A DNA stretch of 43,369 nt from a virus (IMGVR_UViG_3300037043_000007:1-43369); one strand, 5' to 3'. Shown: positions 33,341 through 43,071, counted from the stretch's first letter. The notes: generated from the letters alone by a model not told the origin. A program made the numbers and translations.

Positions 33341-33914
33341 CGATGAAGCTTTTGCAAACCTATTAGAGATGAAAGAAGTCTTAGACGAGTTAGGAATAGT
33401 TTATTGGTTAGATGGTGGAACAATCCTTGGAGCACACAGAGATAAAGACTTTTGTGAAGATGATGAAGACGATATAGATTTAGCCAGCTGGGCAAATTAT
33501 CAGCACGCAATTCCTAATATCATAGAGGGTATGACTAAAAAGGGGTATGATGTCCATATGTGGTGGCAAGGTGACGACAGAGCAAAAAATCGTGCTCAGG
33601 AAGTGGCCTTCGTGAAGAATAACTTGAAGATAGACTTGTTCTTCTATGAGAAATCAGGACATTTGGCTTGGGCAGGTACTTATGACAGTCCAACAACACT
33701 TATTCCACAAGTTGTACCAGCACATTTCTTTGAATTATTAGACGAAATAGATTTTAGAGGAACTAAATTTAATGTCCCAAAAGACATAGAAGGGTATCTA
33801 ACATATAGATATGGTGATTGGAAAACTAAAATACATTCTAGCCAGCATAGTTGCTATAATCCAGAACAGCTACTATCACTTAAGCCAGACTTTAAATTCT
33901 ATCAGCAAGACTAA
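33333..33914 (+). CDS. licD: LicD/fukutin-family phosphotransferase
   Basis: YWLDGGTILGAHRD...DDIDL, IDLFFY and YLTYRYGDW motifs. Confidence 0.88.
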   Translation: MRNDEAFANLLEMKEVLDELGIVYWLDGGTILGAHRDKDFCEDDEDDIDLASWANYQHAIPNIIEGMTKKGYDVHMWWQGDDRAKNRAQEVAFVKNNLKIDLFFYEKSGHLAWAGTYDSPTTLIPQVVPAHFFELLDEIDFRGTKFNVPKDIEGYLTYRYGDWKTKIHSSQHSCYNPEQLLSLKPDFKFYQQD

Positions 33915-34320
33915 GGTAGTATTCTTGGCTGCGATAGCTGACGGTTGCCACAAAGGGCATTTAAATCTGTTGCGGAAGATGCGTGATACTGGTAGAAAAA
34001 CAATCGTTATATTACACGATGATAAGTCTTGTTACTTAATTAAAGGCAAGATACCATTTCAGCACTTGAAACAAAGAATAGAAAACTTAAAGATTACTGG
34101 ATTAGTAGATAAGATTTATATAACGAGAAGCATAGACCCAGAAAAGATATTCAAGAAGATTGCTAACAAGTATCCAGACAGATTATATATGCGAGGTGAT
34201 GACACCAAAGACTTTCCAGGTAAGTGGAGATTACAGGTTACAAATACCCCAATCGAGTATGTAAAATATACAGAAGGTGTCTCAAGCACATTTATTAGGG
34301 AGCAATTAAATGATAGATGA
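33811..34320 (+). CDS. HxGH cytidylyltransferase (TagD/RfaE-like); start uncertain
   Basis: ADGCHKGHLNLL, HDDKS...KGK.P, RGDD and YTEGVSST motifs. Confidence 0.85.
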   Translation: MVIGKLKYILASIVAIIQNSYYHLSQTLNSISKTKVVFLAAIADGCHKGHLNLLRKMRDTGRKTIVILHDDKSCYLIKGKIPFQHLKQRIENLKITGLVDKIYITRSIDPEKIFKKIANKYPDRLYMRGDDTKDFPGKWRLQVTNTPIEYVKYTEGVSSTFIREQLNDR

Positions 34321-34498
34321 CCAATTTATACTTTCATACTTAAAGAAATGGCCAAGAACGTGGGAGCCAGAGTATAGGGAGTTTGTATGTGGAATGTGCG
34401 AAAAGAAAATAAGGAAAGCGTGGCATTGTTGGGTTAAGGCAGAAGGATATAATGCTGAACTACATTTATGTGCTAAATGTGGGAAGAAAGTTTTATGA
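34310..34498 (+). CDS. small Zn-finger protein
   Basis: CGMC...HLCAKC. Confidence 0.55.
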   Translation: MIDDQFILSYLKKWPRTWEPEYREFVCGMCEKKIRKAWHCWVKAEGYNAELHLCAKCGKKVL

Positions 34499-35214
34499 GT
34501 TATAAAGTAACTGCAATAATACTTAGTTGGAATACTAATAAGATAGTAGAAGACTCTGTTATGAGACTTTTAAGAGAAGGCCATAAAGTTGTAGTTGTGG
34601 ATAATGGCTCAATGAAGCCACTTAAAAAGCAAGATGGTGCTATATATATTGAGAATAAAACTAACTTAGGGTTAGGTGTTGGAAGAAACCAAGCACTTGC
34701 TCATCAAGAAGGAGATGTGTTCTCGCTAGACGGAGACATATTATATGTTCCTGGTTCCATAGATAAGATGAGAAAGTATTTATATAAAAAAGAAGAAGTT
34801 GGATGTGTGGGATTTGAAGGAGATTATAATCGTTGTGGCGTTCCTATAAGAGATATGGCTGATAGGAAGGCCTACAGAGTTTATTTCAGAAACAATAACT
34901 CGGATTGGGCTTGGGGAGCATACGGACTCTATAAAGAGAAAGCCGCTAAGCAATGCTGGTATGACGTTACTGGCCCGATGGGAGTCCCTGGATATGGATG
35001 GGACGACCACGACCAACTACAGTGCCTACTATATAATTGCTGGGAAGTATGGACGCTAGGAGGATTAAGATTTTATCACCAAGCACATTCTTCTAAAAAA
35101 GAATTAAATAATGATTTACACGAAGATGAACGAAAGGAATATATACAAAACAAATGGAAAAGAATATGGGCAGGGGAGACTAGCCTAGAGGAAGAACAAA
35201 ATGGAAGAAAGTAA
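34495..35214 (+). CDS. GT2 glycosyltransferase
   Basis: VVVVDNGS, NLGLGVGRN, LDGD and GYGWDD motifs. Confidence 0.88.
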   Translation: MSYKVTAIILSWNTNKIVEDSVMRLLREGHKVVVVDNGSMKPLKKQDGAIYIENKTNLGLGVGRNQALAHQEGDVFSLDGDILYVPGSIDKMRKYLYKKEEVGCVGFEGDYNRCGVPIRDMADRKAYRVYFRNNNSDWAWGAYGLYKEKAAKQCWYDVTGPMGVPGYGWDDHDQLQCLLYNCWEVWTLGGLRFYHQAHSSKKELNNDLHEDERKEYIQNKWKRIWAGETSLEEEQNGRK

Positions 35215-35590
35215 AATAGTAGAACAATTAAAGGCTCAACAAGCACCAGAAGAAATCAGAGAAACTCCTTCTGCTACAGAAGTTGAGACAATAGTTAAAG
35301 AGTCTGATGAAATAGATTTAGCTACTAAATTAAAACTATATTCATTCTTTGAATTAGAGCTTGGGCAATTTGACGATACAGAAATACAAGCAAAAATAGT
35401 AGACATAATGAAATGGGCACAAACACAAAAGCCTAACGCTGATGTGTTTGATGCAATTTATATGATAAAAGGTGTAGATGCTAAGATAGGTAGAACAGAC
35501 TATCCTTCCTTAGACAAAATTTGGCAGTATGTAAAACTTGCTAACCAAAAAGAAGATATAGATAAAGAACTTAAACTAATGGAGAAATAA
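35201..35590 (+). CDS. hypothetical protein
   Basis: 129-aa ORF in the structural operon. Confidence 0.6.
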   Translation: MEESKIVEQLKAQQAPEEIRETPSATEVETIVKESDEIDLATKLKLYSFFELELGQFDDTEIQAKIVDIMKWAQTQKPNADVFDAIYMIKGVDAKIGRTDYPSLDKIWQYVKLANQKEDIDKELKLMEK

Positions 35591-36021
35591 TGCCACACTC
35601 TGGTAATGTACAAAACTCGGTCATAATGGCTGAACACGATGACCTTTCCCCTACACCAGTGAAAAAGACTGGTAATTATGTATGGAATCAAACATTGAAT
35701 GGGGGTATAGGTGACTGGGAACGATGGGATGGTGGAGTTGATATTGATATGGCCACCGAAGGTATCGCTACCGAAGCAACCCTTGCCCAGATTCGTGATG
35801 AAGAATATGGTCTAAACGACCTAGAAGAAGCCTCAGCCACAGTTACTTACGCTGGATATGAGAAATCTACAGGAGAGTGGTTACTTAAAAAAATAGACGA
35901 AACAACTGGTATGGCAATAGGCTACGCCACAATTACAAATAACCCTACAAGAACTACCTATACTTTGGGGTGGACAAATAGAGCAACATTAACTTACGAA
36001 GATTATTCTTCAGCCTTATAA
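35590..36021 (+). CDS. hypothetical virion protein
   Basis: TAATG coupling; ATEATL and WTNRATLTY motifs. Confidence 0.6.
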   Translation: MPHSGNVQNSVIMAEHDDLSPTPVKKTGNYVWNQTLNGGIGDWERWDGGVDIDMATEGIATEATLAQIRDEEYGLNDLEEASATVTYAGYEKSTGEWLLKKIDETTGMAIGYATITNNPTRTTYTLGWTNRATLTYEDYSSAL

Positions 36022-36029
36022 GGAGAGAT

Positions 36030-36245
36030 ATGACAACAGCAACTTTAACAAATGTAATACAAGATGGTGATACAATCAGGGTCTTTCTTCACTTTTCAAA
36101 TGACAGAGATGAACATTTTAATTTTAAGACTGATGTAAGTATTGCCGAGATTAAGACTGTGGTAAAGACTAGATTAGCCGAATTTAACGCAGTCCTTTCT
36201 AAAGTAGATACATTAAAACAATACATAGGTCAGGAGATTAAGTAG
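36030..36245 (+). CDS. hypothetical protein, possibly a tail-spike chaperone
   Basis: AAGGAG RBS; precedes the tail spike gene. Confidence 0.55.
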   Translation: MTTATLTNVIQDGDTIRVFLHFSNDRDEHFNFKTDVSIAEIKTVVKTRLAEFNAVLSKVDTLKQYIGQEIK

Positions 36246-39064
36246 TGGCAGTAGTCATTAATAAACCAGCAGCAACCAATACATCTGATGTAAATGGGTT
36301 TCTTAGAGTAGAGGCACATAACCTTTCTGCTATTTCTGATACTGGTCTTTTGGCTACAACTATAAGGCATTGGACTACTACTTTTGCTAATGCTTGTAAC
36401 TTACAAGGGATTGGGTTCTTTTTAACGAACTCAACTTATGAGAGTGATAGGTCATTACAAGTTTATATTCAAGAGTCACTTGGGACTTTTACCTGCACCA
36501 TTGCCTCACCAACAGTTATAACCAAAGCTGCACACGGACTCAATGACGGCGATATGGTATTTTTAGCAACGACTGGAGCATTGCCTACTGGTTCATCACT
36601 TGCTTCACCTTTTTATGTTCGAAACAAAACAGCAGACACTTTTAATATTTCACTTACACCCACGGGTTCACTAACGGCATTTACTGGCACACAGTCAGGC
36701 ACTCATACCTTATGGGCAATAAGAATAAATGAAACATTTACACATACACAAATCTCAAATGCTTCGACTAAGTTTCTATGGTCTGGAATACCTAAGTTTA
36801 ATTTCACTACTCCATATGCAGTAACAACTGCTGCCGATGGGTGGAGAATTAGTCTTTACCAGACTGGTGGAACAGTCGGAACTTGGAGTATAAGAACATC
36901 AAATACAACTGCACCAGGCTTCTTTGCTTGGGGTGATAATCAACTATCTCTCTCATCTGGAGATACACTTATTGCAGGAAACGCTGATTATCCAGTAACA
37001 ATAGATGGGGCAATTACATTAAATGGTGTCTTAGGAACTGGAGATACTGTTCAGGCGAATGCTTGTATTATAACCTCAAATCAATCAGACCAAACACTTG
37101 ATAATGTAGCACTATTAAAGTGGGCAGCTACACCTGCATCTTCTTATACAGCAACTTTTAATGGGTGTATTGTATTTGGTTCACACTCTGGGATGAGAGT
37201 GGGAACTTCTGCAGCAAGAATACCTTTTTCAGAACAAGCCAACATTGTATTCGGGACACCAACAGCAGGAACTATGCAACCAGCATTCAGGCATTATAAC
37301 GCTTCTTCAACTTACACTTTTGGTAAAGCATCACTCTTCTTATACGGAGAAATTCCAACTACTCCAGTTTATGTAACCCTAAATGGTGATGCTGCTATTT
37401 CACAGAACCAAATTACAGTAACTGGAGATATAACAGGTTGGGCAATAGGGGATGAAATAACAGTTGGCAAGGCAGATGTAAGAGGTCAAGGGGCTTTAGC
37501 AGTTTATACAATAAATAATATCTCTGGACAAGTTATAACTCTTAGCTCAAATCTCTTAACAGATGTCCGTAAATCTGGTGGAACTGTCATCAACTTTAAT
37601 CGACACGGGATTAAAGTATCTTATACTGGCTCAACTTATTCAATATCTAACCTATTCTATGCAGATGGAGAACAATTTAGTGGGGTTTATTTCTTAACAG
37701 TAACTTTTGGTAACTCTGCTGTTTCAAACTTTAACTCAGTAAATCCAAACAGGGCAGCAAAATTTGTATCAGATTGTGTCTGCCGTTCAGTTACTTCATC
37801 TTGTTACTCACTAATGCAGGGGCTTACTGTGCCACCTGCTGGGTATACTATTGAAAGAGTTTATGGACACAGGATGCTACCATTTTATGTTCCTTATTCT
37901 GCATTTTCTTCACTTTATAAATCAGGTAGGTTTGTTTGTAATGATACACGCTGTGGCAATATCTATACTGGTGGGCTCTTCAGCACTACTGGTTCTTTCA
38001 ACTGTAAGGGCGAGATGAAGCGTAATGTAGTCGAGAACTCAAGAGCGTCTGGTGTTGCTCTAATGTATATCTCAGGTATCAATATGGTTTATGAAGACAA
38101 CTACTTCTGGGGAGTTGCCAATACAGTGAACCAACTTAGTGCTATATGTGTAGATAAAGCAATCAACGCAACAGTTACAAGAAACACAATTGAGAATTGT
38201 TTATCTGCCTATACTTTCCAGAATACCCTTTCAATAAACAGCATAGACACAGATACTACTTTTATAAACAATGGAACTGATGTATTTACTGTTGCTGGTG
38301 GATTACACGATTATAGATTTCACTCCCCAACAGATGTAGCAACTTTCGACTGGACTTATTTACCAGACCAAACTCTCGGAACTAATATAAAATTCTCAGA
38401 CTTTAACGGAACTACTAATGATGACAGAGGTTACCTAACTTATGGGTATTACCAAAGATGTGGTGATTCTCTTGCAGATACAACTGCTCATACATCAGGA
38501 ACTGGTAAATTCTCACTTAGGTTACAACCAACAGATTCGACAGAACAATTAACTTGGTCACAAACAATTCCAACAGGCAATATTCAGAATAAGGATATGG
38601 CAGTAGAAGTATGGGTTAAACTAAACCACACTAATTACTGGGCAGGAACTCATCAGATGCCACGCCTTACTATAACTTATGATAATGGCACAACTGCATA
38701 TGCACAGGCGACACAGACTACTGACTGGCAGAGGTTATTTGTTCCAGTTACACCAACCACTACGGCAGGGTCAGTAACTGCTACTGTATCAGGAATGACA
38801 GATGCACTAACAACAGATGCTTACATATACTTTGATGACTACTCAATATTCTACCCAGTAGATATAACTTTAGATTTGGGTGGGCTTGATGACTGGGCAA
38901 ATGCAGAACCAGTAGCACCGACTATTGCTACACTTTTATCAGGTAAATCTATTGCTAATGCAGTTTGGGATGATATGACCACTGACCATACAATGGCAGG
39001 TAGTTTTGGAGAAAAGGTAGGCAAGAAACTATTAACATTAGCCAAATTTTTGGGGCTGAAGTAA
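36245..39064 (+). CDS. tail fibre / tailspike (T/S/G-rich, probable beta-helix and carbohydrate-binding domains)
   Basis: 939 aa; AHGLNDGDMV.L.TTGALP, Asn-ladder-like region, YIYFDD and ANAVWD motifs. Confidence 0.7.
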   Translation: MAVVINKPAATNTSDVNGFLRVEAHNLSAISDTGLLATTIRHWTTTFANACNLQGIGFFLTNSTYESDRSLQVYIQESLGTFTCTIASPTVITKAAHGLNDGDMVFLATTGALPTGSSLASPFYVRNKTADTFNISLTPTGSLTAFTGTQSGTHTLWAIRINETFTHTQISNASTKFLWSGIPKFNFTTPYAVTTAADGWRISLYQTGGTVGTWSIRTSNTTAPGFFAWGDNQLSLSSGDTLIAGNADYPVTIDGAITLNGVLGTGDTVQANACIITSNQSDQTLDNVALLKWAATPASSYTATFNGCIVFGSHSGMRVGTSAARIPFSEQANIVFGTPTAGTMQPAFRHYNASSTYTFGKASLFLYGEIPTTPVYVTLNGDAAISQNQITVTGDITGWAIGDEITVGKADVRGQGALAVYTINNISGQVITLSSNLLTDVRKSGGTVINFNRHGIKVSYTGSTYSISNLFYADGEQFSGVYFLTVTFGNSAVSNFNSVNPNRAAKFVSDCVCRSVTSSCYSLMQGLTVPPAGYTIERVYGHRMLPFYVPYSAFSSLYKSGRFVCNDTRCGNIYTGGLFSTTGSFNCKGEMKRNVVENSRASGVALMYISGINMVYEDNYFWGVANTVNQLSAICVDKAINATVTRNTIENCLSAYTFQNTLSINSIDTDTTFINNGTDVFTVAGGLHDYRFHSPTDVATFDWTYLPDQTLGTNIKFSDFNGTTNDDRGYLTYGYYQRCGDSLADTTAHTSGTGKFSLRLQPTDSTEQLTWSQTIPTGNIQNKDMAVEVWVKLNHTNYWAGTHQMPRLTITYDNGTTAYAQATQTTDWQRLFVPVTPTTTAGSVTATVSGMTDALTTDAYIYFDDYSIFYPVDITLDLGGLDDWANAEPVAPTIATLLSGKSIANAVWDDMTTDHTMAGSFGEKVGKKLLTLAKFLGLK

Positions 39065-39085
39065 GAAATTAACTAAGGAAAAACT

Positions 39086-39361
39086 ATGTCAACTAAAAAT
39101 GAAAGGACAGAAATAGCCGTGTTACAAGAACAAATGAAGCGGGTAAAAGATGATGTCAAACAAGTATCAAGCGATGTTTGCTCGGTTAAGGATGACATTA
39201 AAAGCCTGGATATAAAATTAGATGAGAAGTTTGACGCATTAACTGCAAGTTTAGACTCAAGATATGCAGAAAAGAGAGTCGAAAGAATGGTTGATGCTAT
39301 CGTTTGGCTTATTGTCATAGCAGTTTTTAGTTCATTAGTCGGATTAGTAATAATAAAATAA
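39086..39361 (+). CDS. coiled coil plus C-terminal TM protein (holin/XhlA-like)
   Basis: IAVLQEQMK... heptads, then AIVWLIVIAVFSSLVGLVII. Confidence 0.6.
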   Translation: MSTKNERTEIAVLQEQMKRVKDDVKQVSSDVCSVKDDIKSLDIKLDEKFDALTASLDSRYAEKRVERMVDAIVWLIVIAVFSSLVGLVIIK

Positions 39362-39372
39362 GGACAAATACA

Positions 39373-39438
39373 ATGCCACAATACATATGGATTTTACTAG
39401 GAATAGTATTAGTAATAGTAATAATCAAGAAGTTATAG
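39373..39438 (+). CDS. 21-aa single-TM peptide
   Basis: AAGGA RBS; MPQYIWILLGIVLVIVIIKKL. Confidence 0.45.
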   Translation: MPQYIWILLGIVLVIVIIKKL

Positions 39439-39478
39439 TAAGGTTTTGACAATAAAAACAGTATAATATAAGTAGAAG
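39438..39478 (+). promoter_or_regulatory. phage late promoter motif, copy 3 (tail and lysis operon)
   Basis: GTAAGGTTTTG-N13-TATAAT-N4-GTAGAAG. Confidence 0.8.
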
Positions 39479-39509
39479 GTAATCTATTGATTACTCAAAA
39501 GGTAAAACA

Positions 39510-40064
39510 ATGACAATAGCAGAATTAAAAGCTAAGTTACAATTGAGATTAAGAGACACAGCGGATAATAAGTGGACATCACAAGAGAAGGATGAATATT
39601 TACTAGAAGTTGTGGATTATGACCCTATTTTGTCGTATGAAAAAACTGATACTAGCCTAACGGCGAGTACATCAACGCAATCATACACACTACCAGCGAC
39701 AATAGATAATATCAAGAAGATATTGGTTACGGTGGGGACAAAAACAGTAGAATTAGATAAATCTAGCTGGAAGGAAGAAGCTGGAACTATCTATTTTGAA
39801 GATTGCCCAGCATATTCTGGGACAATGACATTAATTGGTAGGGGGCAATACGATAATGATGACACTATCCCAGCTAAATATACCAACTATATAATTGCAG
39901 CCTCAATAGTTAAAGCATACGAAGACCTAATGGTTAAATATCAATCAGGTATTTTAATGTCAGATGTAACTCAGGCGGAGATATTAACAGCCCTTAACCA
40001 CTGGGAACAAAAAAGAACAGAAGAAGAAAGAAAACTAGACAATAAGACAATGGTTTCTTACTAA
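39510..40064 (+). CDS. head-tail adaptor protein
   Basis: MTIAELK..LQLRLRD....WT, QSYTLP.TI..I and IPAKY motifs seen in short-tail adaptor proteins. Confidence 0.65.
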   Translation: MTIAELKAKLQLRLRDTADNKWTSQEKDEYLLEVVDYDPILSYEKTDTSLTASTSTQSYTLPATIDNIKKILVTVGTKTVELDKSSWKEEAGTIYFEDCPAYSGTMTLIGRGQYDNDDTIPAKYTNYIIAASIVKAYEDLMVKYQSGILMSDVTQAEILTALNHWEQKRTEEERKLDNKTMVSY

Positions 40065-40981
40065 TGCCAGCACCTATTATATCAACATTTACATATGGTT
40101 CTTCGACAAATTTTGTAACTTTCAATGACGAAAGTGCCGACTACGTTATAAAAGCGTCAAGAAGAACAGCTACTCGTAGAGACTTACGAGACTTTGATAT
40201 GCCTATTCCAGATGAAGCAGGTATAACGGACTTTCAAACCCTAATAGGTAAGACACATTATATGATAGAGGGTAGGGTTTATTCCGAGACTGACGAAGGA
40301 AGATATACGGGCATAGATAAACTACGTTCAGTGTTTAACCCTATGGTAGCACAAGAAGACGCAGAGTCGGATTACGGCTATTTACCTATGAAATGGACAG
40401 AGAACGAAGCCAGACAGTTAATGATGAAACCTTTATATGTAGATATAGATGAGAGTAGAAAATCAGCATTTAAGCCTACATTTAGGGCTTTAATGAAGAT
40501 TAAGTACCCAGTTATTACAACACAAGCATCAGTACAGACCAACTTCGCCCCTACTTCTTATGGAACTTCAGATGGAGTAGAAATACCAGCAGCAGGTCTA
40601 TCAATACCATCAACAGGTATATCAATGGGACAGAACTCTGGTGCTACAGGAAGTGGGCTTTTAGTAAATCGTGGTAATTATCCAGCTTGGCCAGTAATTA
40701 AGTTTACAGGCCCAGTTACTAATCCTTTAATATCAGATGGAACTAACTACATACAAGTAAACACCTCAATAGATGAAGGTGAAGAAATAAATGTTCTATA
40801 CGACCAAGACACACTAGAGATACTTAAATCTGACGGGACAAACTTAACACAATACCTAGACTCTGGCTCTACATTATTTAAAGTAATGCCAGGTAGCACA
40901 CAATTCACATTTTCAGCACAAACAATGAACAGTCCAGCAGACTGTCAAATAACAATATTTAGCACCTGGGCCCTTTCTTAG
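40064..40981 (+). CDS. distal-tail (Dit)-like protein
   Basis: VNRGNYPAWPVIKFTGPVTNP.I and FKVMPGST.F motifs. Confidence 0.75.
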   Translation: MPAPIISTFTYGSSTNFVTFNDESADYVIKASRRTATRRDLRDFDMPIPDEAGITDFQTLIGKTHYMIEGRVYSETDEGRYTGIDKLRSVFNPMVAQEDAESDYGYLPMKWTENEARQLMMKPLYVDIDESRKSAFKPTFRALMKIKYPVITTQASVQTNFAPTSYGTSDGVEIPAAGLSIPSTGISMGQNSGATGSGLLVNRGNYPAWPVIKFTGPVTNPLISDGTNYIQVNTSIDEGEEINVLYDQDTLEILKSDGTNLTQYLDSGSTLFKVMPGSTQFTFSAQTMNSPADCQITIFSTWALS

Positions 40982-41000
40982 AGCTCAAAAGGAAAAACAA

Positions 41001-42011
41001 ATGGCAACTAATGTAAGTTTATTGACTACAGGCACCAACACTCATAAAGAAACAGTTGAGAAATTCAACCTACCACTGACATACACATTTTCAGATGGTA
41101 TTTTACCTCAATCTGGAACTATTGCTAACGCAACGCCAGACACAGGCCCATTTGCAGTACAGGAGCAGGGAACACCTGATATGACTGTTCTAGTTAAATC
41201 AACTGGTACTCCATACGCAGCTGCGTTAATTACAGGTACTCCTACTTCAGGCTTATCTCAAAAGATGATAGTCCAACTAACCGCTGACGAGAATGTAACT
41301 ATAGCCTCGAATACTTCTGGTTCTACTAAATATGACTGGGTGTATATTAAACTCGACCCAGACAAAATGGAGAACCCTGCAGCTGACTCTTCAGATGTAG
41401 CCACACTTGTAACATCTAGGTCTAGTTCTGCGTCTACAGATAATGGAACTCCACCTACTTACGGACTTAATATAGCAGTAGTAACAGTAGCCAATGGGGC
41501 TTCAAGTATTACTAATGCAAACATCACTGATGCGAGAGCATACTCTAAAGTTGGTAATGGCGGTGTAAATACTGCATCTATAGATGACTCTGCTGTTACA
41601 ACAGCTAAAATAGCGGATAATTCTGTAACGGCCGCTAAAACAGAAGAACTGCCGAAACTTATAGACATACAGAACATAACAACCAACACAACGACTTCCG
41701 ACGTACTTATACAAAGAGGCTGGAATTATAAGGTTGGCGTAGCCAGTACAACATTAGAAGCAGATACTATAACTTTTCCAGTTGCTTATGATAGCCCACC
41801 TATAGTTTTATGTAGTACTATTGGTGCTAGATTAACTTCAGCTGGTACACCAACTAGCCCAGCCTGGTTTACGGCCAGTAATCCAACGATAGCGGCTCCA
41901 TCAATAATTACAGCAACGAACTTCAAGGCATATATGAGAGATATAGGTAACTTCTCAACATCATATAATTACGGATATGCTTGGATAGCTATCGGTGTAA
42001 AGGCAAGATAA
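41001..42011 (+). CDS. tail fibre/receptor-binding protein 1
   Basis: VTTAKIAD repeats; C-terminal ITFPVAYDSPP.V...WIAIG domain. Confidence 0.75.
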   Translation: MATNVSLLTTGTNTHKETVEKFNLPLTYTFSDGILPQSGTIANATPDTGPFAVQEQGTPDMTVLVKSTGTPYAAALITGTPTSGLSQKMIVQLTADENVTIASNTSGSTKYDWVYIKLDPDKMENPAADSSDVATLVTSRSSSASTDNGTPPTYGLNIAVVTVANGASSITNANITDARAYSKVGNGGVNTASIDDSAVTTAKIADNSVTAAKTEELPKLIDIQNITTNTTTSDVLIQRGWNYKVGVASTTLEADTITFPVAYDSPPIVLCSTIGARLTSAGTPTSPAWFTASNPTIAAPSIITATNFKAYMRDIGNFSTSYNYGYAWIAIGVKAR

Positions 42012-42012
42012 T

Positions 42013-43071
42013 ATGGCAACGACAGTAAGTTTATTAAATACAGGCACCAATACCCACAAAGAAACAGTAGAAAAGTTTAATTTATTAAACACCTACTTTG
42101 CTTCTGACGGTATACTCCCACAATGTGGAACTATTGCTGACGCTACCCCTGATACAGGGCCTTTTGCTATTCAAGCACAGGGCACTCCTGATATGACATT
42201 AACAGCTAAGTCTACTGGAACACCTTACGCAGCAGCACTTATTACAGGAACTCCTACAAGCGGAGTTTCACAAAAAGTTATCGTTCAATTAACAGCAGAT
42301 GAAACTATTACGATAGCTTCTAATACTTCTGGTTCTACAAAATATGATTGGATTTATGTAAAATTAGACCCAGACAAAATGAAAGACCCCAACGTAGCGG
42401 CAAGTGATGTTGCTTCATTATATGTTTCTAGGTCTACATCAAATTCGGTTGATGCTGGAGCCCCTACACACGGATTACATATAGCTACAGTTACAGTTAC
42501 AAATGGAGCATCATCTATAACAAACGCTAATATAGTTGACCGTAGAACATATGCTAGACAGAGTATAGAAATACTCGCAGATTCAGCAATCACTACTGCA
42601 AAAATAGCTGATGAAAATATTACTTTAGCAAAAATGGCACCAGGCGGTATGTTCTTTAAGGGTGCTGACACAAGGACTGCCGACACTCAAAAGGCTGTAG
42701 CTAACTGTCTAGTCAGCACCTATTATTATTTCAGAAACACTGCCGATAGTGCAGACCTGGCAATAACATTTACAAAAGAGCTGGGGGCAGATGACTCCAA
42801 TCTCTTGATTGAATATAGTGCCTCTTTATGGTATCCATCTGGCAATGCGAACTTATATATCGCACCAGATTTAGATGGTACACTATTAAATAGTTCTCCA
42901 ACACACGCTACTTATCCTGCCAATTCTCCCACTGGAGCAGCTGGGCATTTATTGATAACAAACTCAGCGGCAGGCTCTCATACTGTGAAGTTAAAATTTG
43001 CAAATACTGCTGGTACCATAACAATAACTTATGATTCTGTTTATTTCAGAGTATATGAGGTAAGAAAATAA
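42013..43071 (+). CDS. tail fibre/receptor-binding protein 2 (paralogue of 41001..42011)
   Basis: First about 180 aa highly similar to the preceding gene; different C-terminal domain. Confidence 0.75.
   Translation: MATTVSLLNTGTNTHKETVEKFNLLNTYFASDGILPQCGTIADATPDTGPFAIQAQGTPDMTLTAKSTGTPYAAALITGTPTSGVSQKVIVQLTADETITIASNTSGSTKYDWIYVKLDPDKMKDPNVAASDVASLYVSRSTSNSVDAGAPTHGLHIATVTVTNGASSITNANIVDRRTYARQSIEILADSAITTAKIADENITLAKMAPGGMFFKGADTRTADTQKAVANCLVSTYYYFRNTADSADLAITFTKELGADDSNLLIEYSASLWYPSGNANLYIAPDLDGTLLNSSPTHATYPANSPTGAAGHLLITNSAAGSHTVKLKFANTAGTITITYDSVYFRVYEVRK

Noticed and set aside
19546-42686. Many minus-strand ORFs inside structural genes, and plus-strand ORFs inside the early arm
   Set aside because: They are antisense shadows of real genes, lack RBSs and have reverse-codon composition.
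41001-43071. Diversity-generating retroelement or invertase shuffling of tail fibres
   Set aside because: No reverse transcriptase or invertase is present; similarity is N-terminal and not adenine-specific.
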